Assembly (NCBI GenBank): GCA_963667465.2
Contig: CAXXDN010000002.1
Span: forward strand, 960,001 to 1,024,000
Source: Dehalococcoidia bacterium
GTDB taxonomy: Bacteria; Chloroflexota; Dehalococcoidia; UBA2979
Reading direction: 5' to 3'
DNA length: 64,000 nt
Shown here: positions 9,544 to 20,010 of the stretch, piece by piece
Position numbering within the stretch: the first letter of the stretch is position 1
How the letters are laid out: the number at the start of each line of letters is the position of its first letter
Made by a program: the position numbers and the translations under genes
Notes under the pieces: model-generated
Told to the model about the DNA's origin: nothing
Databases searched by the model: none
The model's input: only the letters and a program-made list of their open reading frames with translations

Positions 9544-10101
9544 CTACCCGCTCTGGCCCGGAGGCCGCCAGCGGATCGTCGGCGGCTGCTGGCGGGCGAC
9601 CCGGGTCGCGGCCGACTCGTCAAGCAGGTCGACGGCGTCGCCGCTGCGCAGCGGGCCCTCCTCGAGGACGCGTGCGTAGACGCGGCTGCAGCCGGGGTGC
9701 GTCTTCTGGTTCATGCGATTGAAGTCGCCGTCCGCGAACCAGGGCGCGTTCTTGAAGCAGGGCGCGGTGTAGCTCGTGACTTCCACGAGCACCCCGTCGC
9801 CGAGGCGCAACCGGGAGCCCGGGACCACCAACGACCAGTCGAGGCCGGAGATCGTCAGGTTCTCGCCGGCCAGCCCGGGAGCGATCGGATGGCCCTCCGC
9901 GGCCATCTCCTGGATCTGCTCAAGCGAGAACAGGCAGAGCGCGCGCTCGGGACCGCCGTGGTGCTTCAGGTCCGCCTGGGCGTCGCCCTCGAGGCCTCCG
10001 ATGAAGGCGCGGGCCTCTTCGAGCGCTCGCTTTGGCACGCCGCCGTTGGAGGCGCTGAGCTGGTGGATCGTGCCGCTCCGGGAGCCCTTTGTCGCCGCCA
10101 T
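9544..10101 (-). CDS. MOSC domain protein (YiiM-like)
   Basis: GGVPK, GDAQADLKHHGGPERA, GENL, PCFK, YARVLEEG. Confidence 0.88.
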   Translation of the reverse strand: MAATKGSRSGTIHQLSASNGGVPKRALEEARAFIGGLEGDAQADLKHHGGPERALCLFSLEQIQEMAAEGHPIAPGLAGENLTISGLDWSLVVPGSRLRLGDGVLVEVTSYTAPCFKNAPWFADGDFNRMNQKTHPGCSRVYARVLEEGPLRSGDAVDLLDESAATRVARQQPPTIRWRPPGQSG

Positions 10102-10119
10102 CTGCGCCCTCCTCGTCCG

Positions 10120-11604
10120 CTACCCGTCGAGCACGGAGCGAAGCGCGGCCTGCGCCTCGTTCGGGTCGGCACGCCCGCGCGTGGCGCGCATCACCTGGCC
10201 GACGAGGAATTTGATCGCGTTTTCCTTGCCGCCGCGGTAGTCCTCGACTGCCTGAGGGTTGGCGTCGACGACTTCAGCGGCGATACGCGCGAGCCCCTCG
10301 TCGTCGCGCAGCTGGGCGAGCCCGCGCTCCTCGACGATCACGGCGGGCGCCGCGCCGCTCTCGAAGGCGGCGGCGAGCACCTGCTTGGCGCTGGCGGCGG
10401 TGATTACGCCGTCCTCGATGAGGCCGACCAGCTCGGCGACGTGCCCGGGTGTGAGCGCGGTGTCCGCAAGCTCCACGTCGCCGCCGGCCTGGTTGAGCAG
10501 CGCCGCCACGTCGCCGATCAGCCAGCGCGCGACCGCCTGCGCTCGGCCGGGCTGCGAGGCGGCAACGGCGGCCTCGAAGGCGTCGGCGCGGGCGCGTGTC
10601 TCAGCCAGCAGGCCCGCCTCGGTGGGTGCGAGGCCGTACTCGCGCTCGAAGCGCTCGCGCTTGGCGTCGGGCAGTTCCGGCAGCCGCGAGCGGATCTCCG
10701 CAAGGCGCTCGCCGCCGATCTCGAGCGGGGGCAGATCAGGCTCGGGGAAGTAGCGGTAGTCATGCGCCTCTTCCTTGGAGCGCTGGCTTGCCGTGCCGCC
10801 GGTCTCGTCGATGTAGCCGCGTGTCTCCTGCTCGACGCTGCCGCCGCCGTCGAGGACGGTGGTCTGCCGCAGGATCTCGGACTCGATCGCGCGCTGCACG
10901 GCGCGGAACGAGTTCATGTTCTTAATCTCGACCTTCGATCCGAGCGGATCGCCGGGGCGGCGCAGCGAGATGTTGGCGTCGCAGCGGAACGAGCCCTTCT
11001 CCATGTCCGCGTCGGAGACATCAAGGTAGCGCAACGTGCGGCGCAGCTCCCGCAGGTAGGCGACGGCCTCCTCGGGCGATCGCATGTCTGGAGCGGAGAC
11101 GATCTCCATCAACGGCACGCCGGAGCGGTTCACATCGAGCAGCGAGTAGCCGTCGCCGTCGGCCGGTCCGCCCTCACGGTGGAGCAGGCGCGCCGTGTCC
11201 TCCTCGAGATGGATGCGCTCGAGGCCAAGCTCCCGGCGCTCGCCGTCCAGCCCGATCGAGACGACGCCACCGAGGCAGAGCGGTTCGTCGTACTGCGAGA
11301 TCTGGTAACCCTTCATCAGATCGGGGTAGGGGTAGTTCTTGCGGTCGAACTTGGAGTGCGGCGGGATCGAGCAGCCGAGCGCGAGGCCGGTGAGGATCGT
11401 GAGGTCCACGGCGCTGCGGTTGATCACCGGCAGCACCCCCGGCATGCCGAGGCAGACCGCGCAGACGCGCGTGTTCGGCGGGGCGGCGAAGTAGTCGCTC
11501 GCGCAGCCGCAGAACATCTTCGAGCGGGTGTTCAGTTGCGCGTGGACCTCGAGGCCGATCACGACCTCGTAGCCGGTAGCGCCGGGAGCAGTCGCAGTGG
11601 TCAC
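10120..11604 (-). CDS. gatB: Asp/Glu-tRNA amidotransferase subunit B
   Basis: [49 protein letters not shown]. Confidence 0.98.
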   Translation of the reverse strand: MTTATAPGATGYEVVIGLEVHAQLNTRSKMFCGCASDYFAAPPNTRVCAVCLGMPGVLPVINRSAVDLTILTGLALGCSIPPHSKFDRKNYPYPDLMKGYQISQYDEPLCLGGVVSIGLDGERRELGLERIHLEEDTARLLHREGGPADGDGYSLLDVNRSGVPLMEIVSAPDMRSPEEAVAYLRELRRTLRYLDVSDADMEKGSFRCDANISLRRPGDPLGSKVEIKNMNSFRAVQRAIESEILRQTTVLDGGGSVEQETRGYIDETGGTASQRSKEEAHDYRYFPEPDLPPLEIGGERLAEIRSRLPELPDAKRERFEREYGLAPTEAGLLAETRARADAFEAAVAASQPGRAQAVARWLIGDVAALLNQAGGDVELADTALTPGHVAELVGLIEDGVITAASAKQVLAAAFESGAAPAVIVEERGLAQLRDDEGLARIAAEVVDANPQAVEDYRGGKENAIKFLVGQVMRATRGRADPNEAQAALRSVLDG

Positions 11605-11712
11605 GCGCGGCCTTCGATCCGGGGTCGCGTCAGGGGCGACCTGCGCTACGCGGCGACGCGGCCTGGCTCAAGGCCGCGCCACGCCGTACCCAAGGTGAGC
11701 GAAGCGGCGTCG

Positions 11713-11874
11713 CTACGCGTCGCCCTCGGGGTTGAGGTACCTGTCGGGGTTGCCGATGAACTTGTTGCGGCAGCCGATGTCATCGAAGCGGTACCACTTG
11801 CCGTCGGTGTGGTGCCAGCGGTAGTTGTTCTGGTCGTCATCCGTGACGGCTCCGCCGCAGACGAGGCAATCCAT
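11713..11874 (-). CDS. Small YHS/TRASH-like metal-binding protein (53 aa)
   Basis: AAGGAG RBS then MDCLVCGGAV...GKWYRFDDIGCRNKFIGNPDRY, matching the YHS consensus VCG...GxxYxF...C..F..NP..Y. Confidence 0.8.
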   Translation of the reverse strand: MDCLVCGGAVTDDDQNNYRWHHTDGKWYRFDDIGCRNKFIGNPDRYLNPEGDA

Positions 11875-12096
11875 AGCCTGCTCCTTCCGTGATCGCAGCC
11901 TCAGGATAGCCGCCCTGTGCCGCTTCGGCATCGCCGGCATCCGCAGCTGCGTCATGCACTCTGGATCGCCGCCCGACGATACAGCCCGTGGACGCCGCGT
12001 GTGAAGCGGACCGCACCCGGCTTGACCTCGCGGGGTGTGTCGAGGCACGATTCGCGCGTACGGGGGTGGCGCTCGATCAAAGACGGAAGAACGTCT

Positions 12097-13425
12097 GTGA
12101 GCCGCACGACCCTCGCCAAGTGGCTATACGTCGGCCTGCACATCAAGCGCTGGCTCCTCATCATCCTCGTCGGCGTCGTGCTGATGGGGCTCGGGATCGG
12201 CTACCTGCTGCGCGAGGCCTACGTCTCCTACACCTTCCCCGCGTGGGTCGGCGACGCAACGCTGCAGTTCCTGCCGCGCTGGGTGCGCGGCGTGATCTTC
12301 ATCGGCATCGCCTCCGCCGCCACCGTGATCGGCGCCTGGAAGCTCAACCACTCGATCGTCAGCGCCGTGGTCCCGATCGACCGCCAGGATGATCTGCTGG
12401 ACCGCATCTGGGCGCAGCGCTCACAGGGGCGCGGCCCGCGCATCGTCGCAATAGGCGGCGGCACCGGGCTCTCGACGCTGCTGCGCGGCCTCAAGGGCTA
12501 CAACGCCAACCTCACCGCCATCGTCACCGTCGCCGACGACGGCGGCTCCAGCGGGCGGCTGCGGCGTGACCTCAACGTGATCCCGCCCGGCGACATCCGC
12601 AACTGCATCGCCGCCCTCGCCGACGCCGAGGCGCTGGTCACGCGCCTCTTCCAGTACCGCTTCGACGACGACGCCGGCGAGGGCATCGCCGGCCACTCTT
12701 TCGGCAACCTCTTTATCGTCGCCATGTCCGACGTGACAGGGAATATGGAGGAGGCGATCCGCGAGACCTCGCGCGTGCTCGCCGTGCGCGGCCGCATCCT
12801 CCCCTCCACGCTCGCCGACATCACGCTGGCCGCGCGCCTGGCCGACGGCTCGACCGTGCGCGGCGAGTCCGTGCTGGCTGAGGGTGGGTCCGCGATCGAG
12901 CAGGTCTTCGTCGAGCCGGCCAACGTGCAGGCCAACGCCGAGGCAGCCGCCGCGCTGCTCGATGCCGACCTGATCGTGGTCGGACCCGGCTCGCTTTACA
13001 CCTCGGTGCTGCCGAACCTGCTGGTTTCCGGCCTCGGCGACGCCTTGCTGCAGTCCCGCGCGCACCGCGTCTACGTCTCGAACGTCGCCACCCAGCAGGG
13101 GGAGACCGAGGACTACAACGCTGCCGACCACTACGCCGCGATCCGCCGCCATCTGGGCCGCGACGACGTCGCCCACGTCGTCCTCGCGAACAGCAACCTG
13201 CCCGCGGAGCCGTTCCCCGCCGAGTGGCGCTCGCAGCCCGTGCCGGCGCCGGGCGACGCGGACTACGCGGGCGCGCGCCTCGTCCTCGCCGACCTCGTCG
13301 ACCGCACGCTGCGCTACCGCCACGACTCCGAGCGACTGGCCGCTGCCGTGATGCGCCAGTACTACGAGCGCGACCTGCAGGTGCAGCAGGGCGTAGCCGC
13401 CCTGCCGGGCGAGGCGGACGCGTAG
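12097..13425 (+). CDS. yvcK: YvcK/GlmR-family UDP-GlcNAc-binding protein with N-terminal TM segments
   Basis: IVAIGGGTGLS, VADDGGSSG, PPGDIRNC, GHSFGNL, GPGSLYTS, RHD; GTG start at 12097. Confidence 0.92.
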   Translation: MSRTTLAKWLYVGLHIKRWLLIILVGVVLMGLGIGYLLREAYVSYTFPAWVGDATLQFLPRWVRGVIFIGIASAATVIGAWKLNHSIVSAVVPIDRQDDLLDRIWAQRSQGRGPRIVAIGGGTGLSTLLRGLKGYNANLTAIVTVADDGGSSGRLRRDLNVIPPGDIRNCIAALADAEALVTRLFQYRFDDDAGEGIAGHSFGNLFIVAMSDVTGNMEEAIRETSRVLAVRGRILPSTLADITLAARLADGSTVRGESVLAEGGSAIEQVFVEPANVQANAEAAAALLDADLIVVGPGSLYTSVLPNLLVSGLGDALLQSRAHRVYVSNVATQQGETEDYNAADHYAAIRRHLGRDDVAHVVLANSNLPAEPFPAEWRSQPVPAPGDADYAGARLVLADLVDRTLRYRHDSERLAAAVMRQYYERDLQVQQGVAALPGEADA

Positions 13426-13450
13426 CGCCGCCTACAACTGAGGAGATGGC

Positions 13451-13834
13451 TTGCCGACGGCGACGTACCACCTCAGAGACAACGGGCGTCCGCTGATCCC
13501 GGTCAAGATCGAGAGCTCGGACGAGCTCCACTTGGCCATGCTGGACACCGGCTCAGAGAAGGGTGGAATGATCGACACCGAGTTGGCCGCGAGGCTCGGC
13601 TTAGTTGCTCTCCCAGGGGCACGCGGTATCAGAACCGCATCCGGAGTGAATTACGTAACGACTTACGAGGCTACGGTTCGTATTCCAGAACTCGGTTCTC
13701 GGCACGTCGTGGAGCTTGCCAGTATCAATCTGACCGATGTCGAGTTCGGCATCGCCCTTGGAACGGACTTTCTCGCGAATTTCACGATCTTGTACGAAGG
13801 GCGCCAGAAAACACTAACCCTGCGTAACGACTAA
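13451..13834 (+). CDS. Retropepsin-like (clan AA) aspartyl protease
   Basis: GAGGAG RBS + TTG; LDTGS catalytic motif and LGTDFL C-terminal motif; visibly more A/T-ending codons than neighbours. Confidence 0.8.
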   Translation: MPTATYHLRDNGRPLIPVKIESSDELHLAMLDTGSEKGGMIDTELAARLGLVALPGARGIRTASGVNYVTTYEATVRIPELGSRHVVELASINLTDVEFGIALGTDFLANFTILYEGRQKTLTLRND

Positions 13835-13897
13835 CCGTCACAGCGGCTCGCTCACGCTTGCTCGCAAGCGCGGGCGCGGTCTAGCCTCGATCTCGTC

Positions 13898-14122
13898 ATG
13901 CAACTCACAGACTTTCTCCACATCGCGCAGATCCTCGTCTCGGTCACGCTGATCGTCGTGGTGCTGATGCAGGTCAAGGGGACCGGCTTCGGCGCGGCGC
14001 TCGGCGGGGCCGACCAGAGCTTCCGCACTCGCCGAGGCATCCAGCGCTCGCTGCACCGCCTCACAATCCTGTTGATCGTCGTCTTCATCGGCTTCTCGCT
14101 CTGGAGCGTGACCACCTCCTGA
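13898..14122 (+). CDS. secG: Preprotein translocase subunit SecG
   Basis: 74 aa, two TM segments flanking Q..G.G.G...GG...FRTRRG. Confidence 0.93.
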   Translation: MQLTDFLHIAQILVSVTLIVVVLMQVKGTGFGAALGGADQSFRTRRGIQRSLHRLTILLIVVFIGFSLWSVTTS

Positions 14123-14172
14123 GGCCCGCCACACGCGCGGCGGCGAGGGAGACGCCTGCTACCATCGAGGCC

Positions 14173-15138
14173 GTGCGCGTCGTCTTCTTCGGCTCACCCG
14201 GCTACGCCCTGCCCACCCTGCGGCGGCTGATCGCGGCGCCCGCCGTGGACCTCGCGGCGGTCGTCACGCAGCCCGACCGGCCGCGAGGGCGCTCCGGTCG
14301 CGGCATCCCGACGCCCGTCGCCCAACTCGCTCACGAGGCGGGCGTGCCCGTGCTCACACCTGAGCGGATCCGCCGCGCTACGACCGAGCAGATCGCCGCC
14401 CTGGATCCGGATGTGGGCGTGCTCGCGGCCTCGGCGCACATCCTGCCCTCGCACCTGATCGAGGCGATCCCGCACGGCATCCTCAATGTCCACGCCTCGC
14501 TGCTGCCGCGCCATCGCGGCGCCTCGCCCGTCACCGCCGCGATCCTCGCGGGCGACGAGGAGAGCGGCGCCTCCGTGATGCTGATCGTGCGCGAGCTGGA
14601 CGCCGGCCCTGTGCTCGGCGCCATCGCAACGCCGATCGAACCCCTCGACACGACCGAGGCGCTGACTGAACGCATCGCCGAACTCGGGGCGGAGCGACTG
14701 ATGGAGCTGCTGCCCGGCTGGGTCGCTGGGAGCGTCGAGGCCGTCGCGCAGGAAGAGTCGCTGGCCACGTACGCCGGGCGGATCGACAAGGACGACGGGG
14801 TCATCGACTGGACCCGCTCTGCCGAGGAGATCGCCCGCGCCGTGCGCGCCTACGAGCCGTGGCCGCGCGCCACCACGCTGCGCGACGGCGAGCGCCTGAC
14901 GATCCACGCCGCCTGGCCCCTCGCCGCCACGTTCGAGGCCGAGCCGGGCCTCGTGCTCGCAGGCGACGGCGAGCCGCTCGGCGAGCTGCTGCCGGGCCGC
15001 CGCGCCCTCGCGACCGTCGCCTGCGGCAGCGGGGCGCTCGCACTGCTGTGCGTGCAGCGCGCCGGCCGGCGCCCGCTGGACATCGAGGACTACCTCAACG
15101 GGGACCGCGCCTTGATCGGCGCGCGCCTCGGCGAGTGA
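14173..15138 (+). CDS. fmt: Methionyl-tRNA formyltransferase
   Basis: RVVFFGSP, VVTQPDRPRGR, NVHASLLPRHRGASP, LDAGP. Confidence 0.96.
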   Translation: MRVVFFGSPGYALPTLRRLIAAPAVDLAAVVTQPDRPRGRSGRGIPTPVAQLAHEAGVPVLTPERIRRATTEQIAALDPDVGVLAASAHILPSHLIEAIPHGILNVHASLLPRHRGASPVTAAILAGDEESGASVMLIVRELDAGPVLGAIATPIEPLDTTEALTERIAELGAERLMELLPGWVAGSVEAVAQEESLATYAGRIDKDDGVIDWTRSAEEIARAVRAYEPWPRATTLRDGERLTIHAAWPLAATFEAEPGLVLAGDGEPLGELLPGRRALATVACGSGALALLCVQRAGRRPLDIEDYLNGDRALIGARLGE

Positions 15139-15161
15139 CGGCGCGGCGTTAGACTCGATCG

Positions 15162-16229
15162 ATGCCGCCGCACCTCCTCGACCACTCCCTCGCCGATCTC
15201 GAGACGCGCCTCGGCGAGTGGGGCGAGCCACCGTTCCGCGCGCGCCAGGTCGCGCGCTGGGCGCTGCGCCGCTGCGCGACCTCCTTCGAGGAGATGACGG
15301 ATCTACCCGCCGCCCTGCGCCCCCGGCTCGCCGGAGAGTGGACCATTGCGCCGCCGCCCGTGCTTGCGGAGACGCGCGCCGACGACGGGGCGACCTCGAA
15401 GGTGCTGCTCGACCTCGGGGGCGGGGCCGCCATCGAGGCGGTGCGCATGGACTACGACCCGGACCGCCCGGAGCACTCGCAGGGATCGCGGGCACGCAGC
15501 ACGGTCTGCGTCTCGACGCAGGCGGGGTGCGCGATGGCCTGTGTCTTCTGCGCGACTGGCCAACAGGGCTTCACACGCAACCTGACGGCGGGCGAGATCC
15601 TCGCGCAGGTGCTGCATTTCCAGCGCGAGAGCCCGGTCTCCAACGTCGTCTTCATGGGCATGGGCGAGCCGCTCGCGAACTACGAGCCTACGCTCGCCAC
15701 CGTGCGTTGGCTGATCGACCGCGACGGCCTCGACCTGCGCGCCCGAGGCGTCACGATCTCGACCGTCGGTCTCCCGGGCGCGATCCGCAGGCTGGCGGGC
15801 GAGGGCCTGCAGATCGGCCTCACCGTCTCGCTGCACGCTCCGGACGACGAGCTGCGGCGTCAGCTCATCCCGACGGCGGGCGGGGTCACCCTCGACGGGC
15901 TCATCGAGGCCTCGAATGACTATGTCGAGCGCACCGGCCGCCGCGTCACCTTCGCCTACGCACTACTCGAACGGCTCAACGACGAGCCAGAGCAGGCGCG
16001 CCGCCTCGCAAACCGCATCCGCGGGATACGCTGCCACGTCAACCTGATTCCCTACAACCCGACCGCAGGCGAGGGCCTGCGCCGCCCCTCACTGGGCCGG
16101 GTGCGCGCCTTCCAGCGCGAGCTGCAGGCCGCTGGCGTCAACGCGACCGTGCGCATCGAGCGAGGTGTGGAGATCGCCGCTGCCTGCGGCCAGCTGCGCA
16201 CGGACCACCTGGCGGCGTCCGCGCGCTGA
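15162..16229 (+). CDS. rlmN: 23S rRNA/tRNA m2A methyltransferase RlmN
   Basis: CVSTQAGCAMACVFCATG radical-SAM motif, MGMGEP, VNLIPYN, AACGQL. Confidence 0.96.
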   Translation: MPPHLLDHSLADLETRLGEWGEPPFRARQVARWALRRCATSFEEMTDLPAALRPRLAGEWTIAPPPVLAETRADDGATSKVLLDLGGGAAIEAVRMDYDPDRPEHSQGSRARSTVCVSTQAGCAMACVFCATGQQGFTRNLTAGEILAQVLHFQRESPVSNVVFMGMGEPLANYEPTLATVRWLIDRDGLDLRARGVTISTVGLPGAIRRLAGEGLQIGLTVSLHAPDDELRRQLIPTAGGVTLDGLIEASNDYVERTGRRVTFAYALLERLNDEPEQARRLANRIRGIRCHVNLIPYNPTAGEGLRRPSLGRVRAFQRELQAAGVNATVRIERGVEIAAACGQLRTDHLAASAR

Positions 16230-16273
16230 GGCTGTCGGGCTCGGGGACCGGATCTGCGGCGCTACTCCGAGGG

Positions 16274-16945
16274 CTAGTCGCCGGCCTCGCCGTCGGCGGC
16301 GGAGGCGCCTTCGCCCTCTTCGCCATCCTCCAGCGCGCCTTCCTCGCCCTCGAGCAGCTCGTCCACTTCCTCGTCTTCCGCCACGACGCGAGGTCGCGCG
16401 ATGCGGGCGAGCATGACCTCCGGGTCGTTCATGATGCGCACGCCGTCCTCGACCGCGAGGTCGGCGACGGTGAGCTGCGCATCGAGCTCGTCGAGGAAGT
16501 CGACTGAGAGTTCGATGTGCGAAGGGATCTCGGCGGGCAACGCCTCCACGAGCACGTGGTCGAGGCCGGTGATGAGGATGCCCTGGTAGGTGTGAACCGC
16601 CGGCGCTTCGCCGATGAGCGTCACCGGGACGTTCGCCTGGATCGTGCGGGCGAGGTCTACCTGGTAGAAGTCGAGGTGCAGGATCTCGCGCGACAGCGGG
16701 TGGCGTTGCACCTGCCGAACGATGACCGGCCTTTCACCCTGCTCGCCCTCCACGGACAGCTCGAGCAGCGAGTTCAGGCCGTGCGCGGAGAGCAACGATT
16801 CCGCCTCGCGGCGCGGCAGCTGGACCGCGACGGAATCGAGGCCGCGTCCGTAGATGTTGCCCGGCAGGACGCCTTCCTGGCGCAGCCGCCTCGAGCGTTT
16901 CCCCAGCACGCTCCGAGGCGTGACCGCATAGCGTTCCGGCATCAT
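16274..16945 (-). CDS. rplY: 50S ribosomal protein L25/Ctc
   Basis: R..LGK..RRLR..G.LPGNIYG, QRHP...LHLDF, acidic tail; GGAG RBS before ATG 16945. Confidence 0.95.
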   Translation of the reverse strand: MMPERYAVTPRSVLGKRSRRLRQEGVLPGNIYGRGLDSVAVQLPRREAESLLSAHGLNSLLELSVEGEQGERPVIVRQVQRHPLSREILHLDFYQVDLARTIQANVPVTLIGEAPAVHTYQGILITGLDHVLVEALPAEIPSHIELSVDFLDELDAQLTVADLAVEDGVRIMNDPEVMLARIARPRVVAEDEEVDELLEGEEGALEDGEEGEGASAADGEAGD

Positions 16946-17118
16946 CTGGCTCCCTGGCTCCTCCGGATTCAGGCGCTCATCCGGCGCCTGGATCACGGCA
17001 TCGCGCGCGACTGATCACGCTAGCCCCGGCTTCGCCGCACGGTCAAGCCGCCGTACCCGGCCGGGCGGCCCGCGCTACAATGGCAGTCGAGCGGAGGCGA
17101 CTGGACGGAGCACGCCAT

Positions 17119-17547
17119 ATGCCGGAAGAACCGGACCGCCTCGAACGCGAGATCCAGGAGATCCTCGACAAGATCGAGCAACTCCCCGCGCCCAGGCAGC
17201 GCCGTGCGAGCGGGCTGCAGCGATCGCTGCGCCGCTTCGGCGACGGCGTCTCGGCCTGGCAGCGGACCGTCGTGCAGGAGCTCTCGCGGATCTCGCTCTC
17301 CCAGCTGGTGCTGCTCAGCTTCCTGCTGATCCTCGGGGCGTTCTTCATCCGCGGCATCGGTCCGGTGGGTACCTGGCTGATGATCGCCGGCGTCGTGCTC
17401 CTCGTTGCCTCGCTCGCGCTGATGATCTTCAGCGGTGGGAGCGCACGCGCCCGAACGCAGCAGTGGCGAGGGCGCACGATCTCCTACAAGCGCGACGGCC
17501 TCGTTCAGCGCATCCGGCGCTGGTTCAGCAATCGATCCCGCCGCTGA
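17119..17547 (+). CDS. Conserved hypothetical membrane protein
   Basis: GGAG RBS; MPEEPDRLEREIQEILDKIE N-terminus, two TM helices, WRGRTI C-terminal motif; TACAAT box at 17076-17081. Confidence 0.75.
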   Translation: MPEEPDRLEREIQEILDKIEQLPAPRQRRASGLQRSLRRFGDGVSAWQRTVVQELSRISLSQLVLLSFLLILGAFFIRGIGPVGTWLMIAGVVLLVASLALMIFSGGSARARTQQWRGRTISYKRDGLVQRIRRWFSNRSRR

Positions 17548-17593
17548 CGCCCCCCGTTCGACCCCTGCCGCCCAACCACCGGCGGACACACCG

Positions 17594-18955
17594 ATGATGG
17601 TCGCGCATGCCCGGAGGGCGCTCCTCGCACTCCTCGTCCTTGCGACGCTATTGGTCGCGGCCTGCGGCGACGACGCGCCGGCGACCGGCGAGCCGACGGC
17701 CACCCCGACCGCGACCCCGGCCGCGGCGACGGCAACGACTGCCGCGACTATGGCCCCGACAGCCCCGGCGAACCCGACGGCGGCGCCGAAGATCTCGGCC
17801 GGGGCGGAACGCGCCTTCGAGCACCTGCGCGTGCTGGCTATCGAGATCGGCGAGCGCTTCGCGGGGACGGACGGCGAACGCGCGGCGGCGGCCTACGTCG
17901 CCGCGCAATTCGAGGCGGCCGGCTACACCGTCGCCATCGAGGAGTTCGAGGCGCAGATCCGGGTCAACGACGCCTCGATCTCGATCGAGGGCGAAGGCGG
18001 CCCGATCCGCGCCCTGCCCCTTGCTGAGAGCCCGAGCGGCGAGGCCAGCGGCCGGCTCGTCTTCGCCGGCCTTGGCGAGTTCTCAGACTTCGAGCGTCTC
18101 GACGTCGAGGACGCGATCGTACTGCTCGACCGGGGCGTGCTGACCTTCGCGCTCAAGGCCGCCAACGCGGAGGATGCGGGTGCGGCCGGCGTGATCGTCA
18201 TCAACAACGAGCCCGGTGAGCTTTATGGCACGCTCGACCGCGGCACCGGGATCGCGATCCCGGTGATCGGCGTCGCCGGACGCCTCGGATCGCCGCTGCG
18301 CGCCCTCGCTGAGGACGGCGCCGAGGCCACCATCCGAAGCAATATCGGCTCGGACCTCCAGACATCGCAGAACGTCGTCGCCCGCCCCGAGGATGGCGAG
18401 TGCCACGCCTACCTCGGCGCACACTACGACTCGGTGCCGGGCACCGAAGGCGCCAACGACAACGCCTCCGGGACGGGACTGCTGATCGAACTCGCGCACG
18501 TGGCGAGCGGCGAGGCGTTCGGCGCCGGCCTCTGCTTCGTCGCGTTTGGCGCCGAGGAGGTCGGGCTCTTCGGGTCGAGGGCGTTCGTGCAGGCGCACGA
18601 CGTATCCGGGACGGCCTTCATGTTGAACTTCGACATGGTCGCGCGGATCGGCCAGCGATCAGGCGACGGACCGCGCTTCATCGCGGGCGACGTCGCGCTC
18701 GCCGACTTCGCGGCAACGGTGGCCGGCGAGCTTGGCTACGGCATCCCTCGGGGCTCATTTCCGGCGAACGCATCCTCGGACCACGCGTCCTTCGCGGAGG
18801 CCGGAGTGCCAGCGATCACGGTCCACAGCGGCGGCGCCGAGTTCATCCATACACCCCAGGACACCCTCGAAACCGTGTCCATCGAGGATCTTGCAATCTT
18901 CCTCGAGGTTTCGATCGCCCTGCTCGAACGGCTCGACGAGGAGCGAAATCGCTAG
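17594..18955 (+). CDS. M28 family aminopeptidase lipoprotein with PA domain
   Basis: LVAAC lipobox, Thr/Ala/Pro linker, PA domain (KAANAEDAGAAGVIVINN), GAHYDS, GANDNASG, AEEVGL, NFDM, SDH. Confidence 0.92.
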   Translation: MMVAHARRALLALLVLATLLVAACGDDAPATGEPTATPTATPAAATATTAATMAPTAPANPTAAPKISAGAERAFEHLRVLAIEIGERFAGTDGERAAAAYVAAQFEAAGYTVAIEEFEAQIRVNDASISIEGEGGPIRALPLAESPSGEASGRLVFAGLGEFSDFERLDVEDAIVLLDRGVLTFALKAANAEDAGAAGVIVINNEPGELYGTLDRGTGIAIPVIGVAGRLGSPLRALAEDGAEATIRSNIGSDLQTSQNVVARPEDGECHAYLGAHYDSVPGTEGANDNASGTGLLIELAHVASGEAFGAGLCFVAFGAEEVGLFGSRAFVQAHDVSGTAFMLNFDMVARIGQRSGDGPRFIAGDVALADFAATVAGELGYGIPRGSFPANASSDHASFAEAGVPAITVHSGGAEFIHTPQDTLETVSIEDLAIFLEVSIALLERLDEERNR

Positions 18956-19032
18956 CAGACCGTGCGATCGGCTTGTCGCGCCGCCCGCCCTGACGTACGA
19001 TTACAGGTGGCGGGGAGACAGGTTGATTGCGT

Positions 19033-19893
19033 ATGCGTCTGATCACTTCGCCGGTGACCGCCCTGGCGGTCTTGCTGACCAGCGTTGCCCTCCTCGCCGC
19101 CTGTGGCGGCGGTGACGAGAACGAGGCCGACGCAGCAACCGCAACTGCAACCCCGACCGCCCAACCGACCTCCACCAAGGGTGAGTTGATCCCGACCGCG
19201 ACACCGTTCGCCTCGCGGCCTACCCCGACCATTGTGAGCGAGAGCAGCAGCGGCGGGAACAGCAACACCAGCAGCGGAGGCGAGACCAGCAACACGGACG
19301 CGACCCCCGCCGCCACGCCAGCGCCGACAACGGCCACCCACGTCGTCGTCGAGGGCGACACCCTCTCCGCCATCGCCGACCAGTACGGCTTGAGCCTCGA
19401 TGCGATCATGGCGGCGAACGACATCACCGACGCCTCGCTGATCTTCGTCGGCCAGGAGCTGACCCTCCCCGCCGCCGCGACCAGCAGCGACAGCTCGGAC
19501 GGCTCGGACGGCTCGGACACGGGCGGGCAGACACACACCGTCGTGGAGGGCGACACCCTCACCGGCATCGCCGCGCGGTACGGCACCACCGTCGAGGCGA
19601 TCAGTGGGGCGAACAACCTCACCGACTCCGTCATCTGGATTGGGCAGGAGCTCACGATTCCGGACGCGGCACCCGCGCCCGACCCAACTCCCACGCCCAC
19701 ACCCGAGGCAACCAGCGAGAGCGGCAGCAGCGCGGCGACCTACACCGTCACCAACGGCGATACCGCTACGGGGATCGCCGAGGTGTTCGACGTGACGCTG
19801 CAGGCGCTGGCGGACGCCAACGAGCTGACCATCGACGAGCTCAACAACCTGCAGATCGGCCAGGTGCTCAACATCCCGCCCGCGGGGCAGTAG
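19033..19893 (+). CDS. Lipoprotein with three LysM domains
   Basis: LLAAC lipobox; three HxVxxGDTLxxIA...N...GQxLxIP repeats separated by Ser/Thr/Pro linkers. Confidence 0.93.
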   Translation: MRLITSPVTALAVLLTSVALLAACGGGDENEADAATATATPTAQPTSTKGELIPTATPFASRPTPTIVSESSSGGNSNTSSGGETSNTDATPAATPAPTTATHVVVEGDTLSAIADQYGLSLDAIMAANDITDASLIFVGQELTLPAAATSSDSSDGSDGSDTGGQTHTVVEGDTLTGIAARYGTTVEAISGANNLTDSVIWIGQELTIPDAAPAPDPTPTPTPEATSESGSSAATYTVTNGDTATGIAEVFDVTLQALADANELTIDELNNLQIGQVLNIPPAGQ

Positions 19894-20010
19894 CCCGCCG
19901 CGCCCGCCGCGCAGTGGCGCTGCGGGCCAAAGCAGCCGATACTACTCAGCCGGAGCCGGGCGCTTTGCCGCCCGGACTTGGCATGCGTCCGGGAGTATCT
20001 TCAGGCAGCT

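Noticed and set aside
13420-13897. Integron cassette (attC) explanation for the small inserted genes
   Set aside because: No matching RYYYAAC/GTTRRRY pair, and no flanking repeat shared among the retropepsin, TA and CBASS inserts; the shared TAGCGCCG is only stop-codon context.
19493-19520. 9-bp tandem repeat gctcggacg
   Set aside because: Encodes a low-complexity SDG linker between LysM domains; unremarkable.
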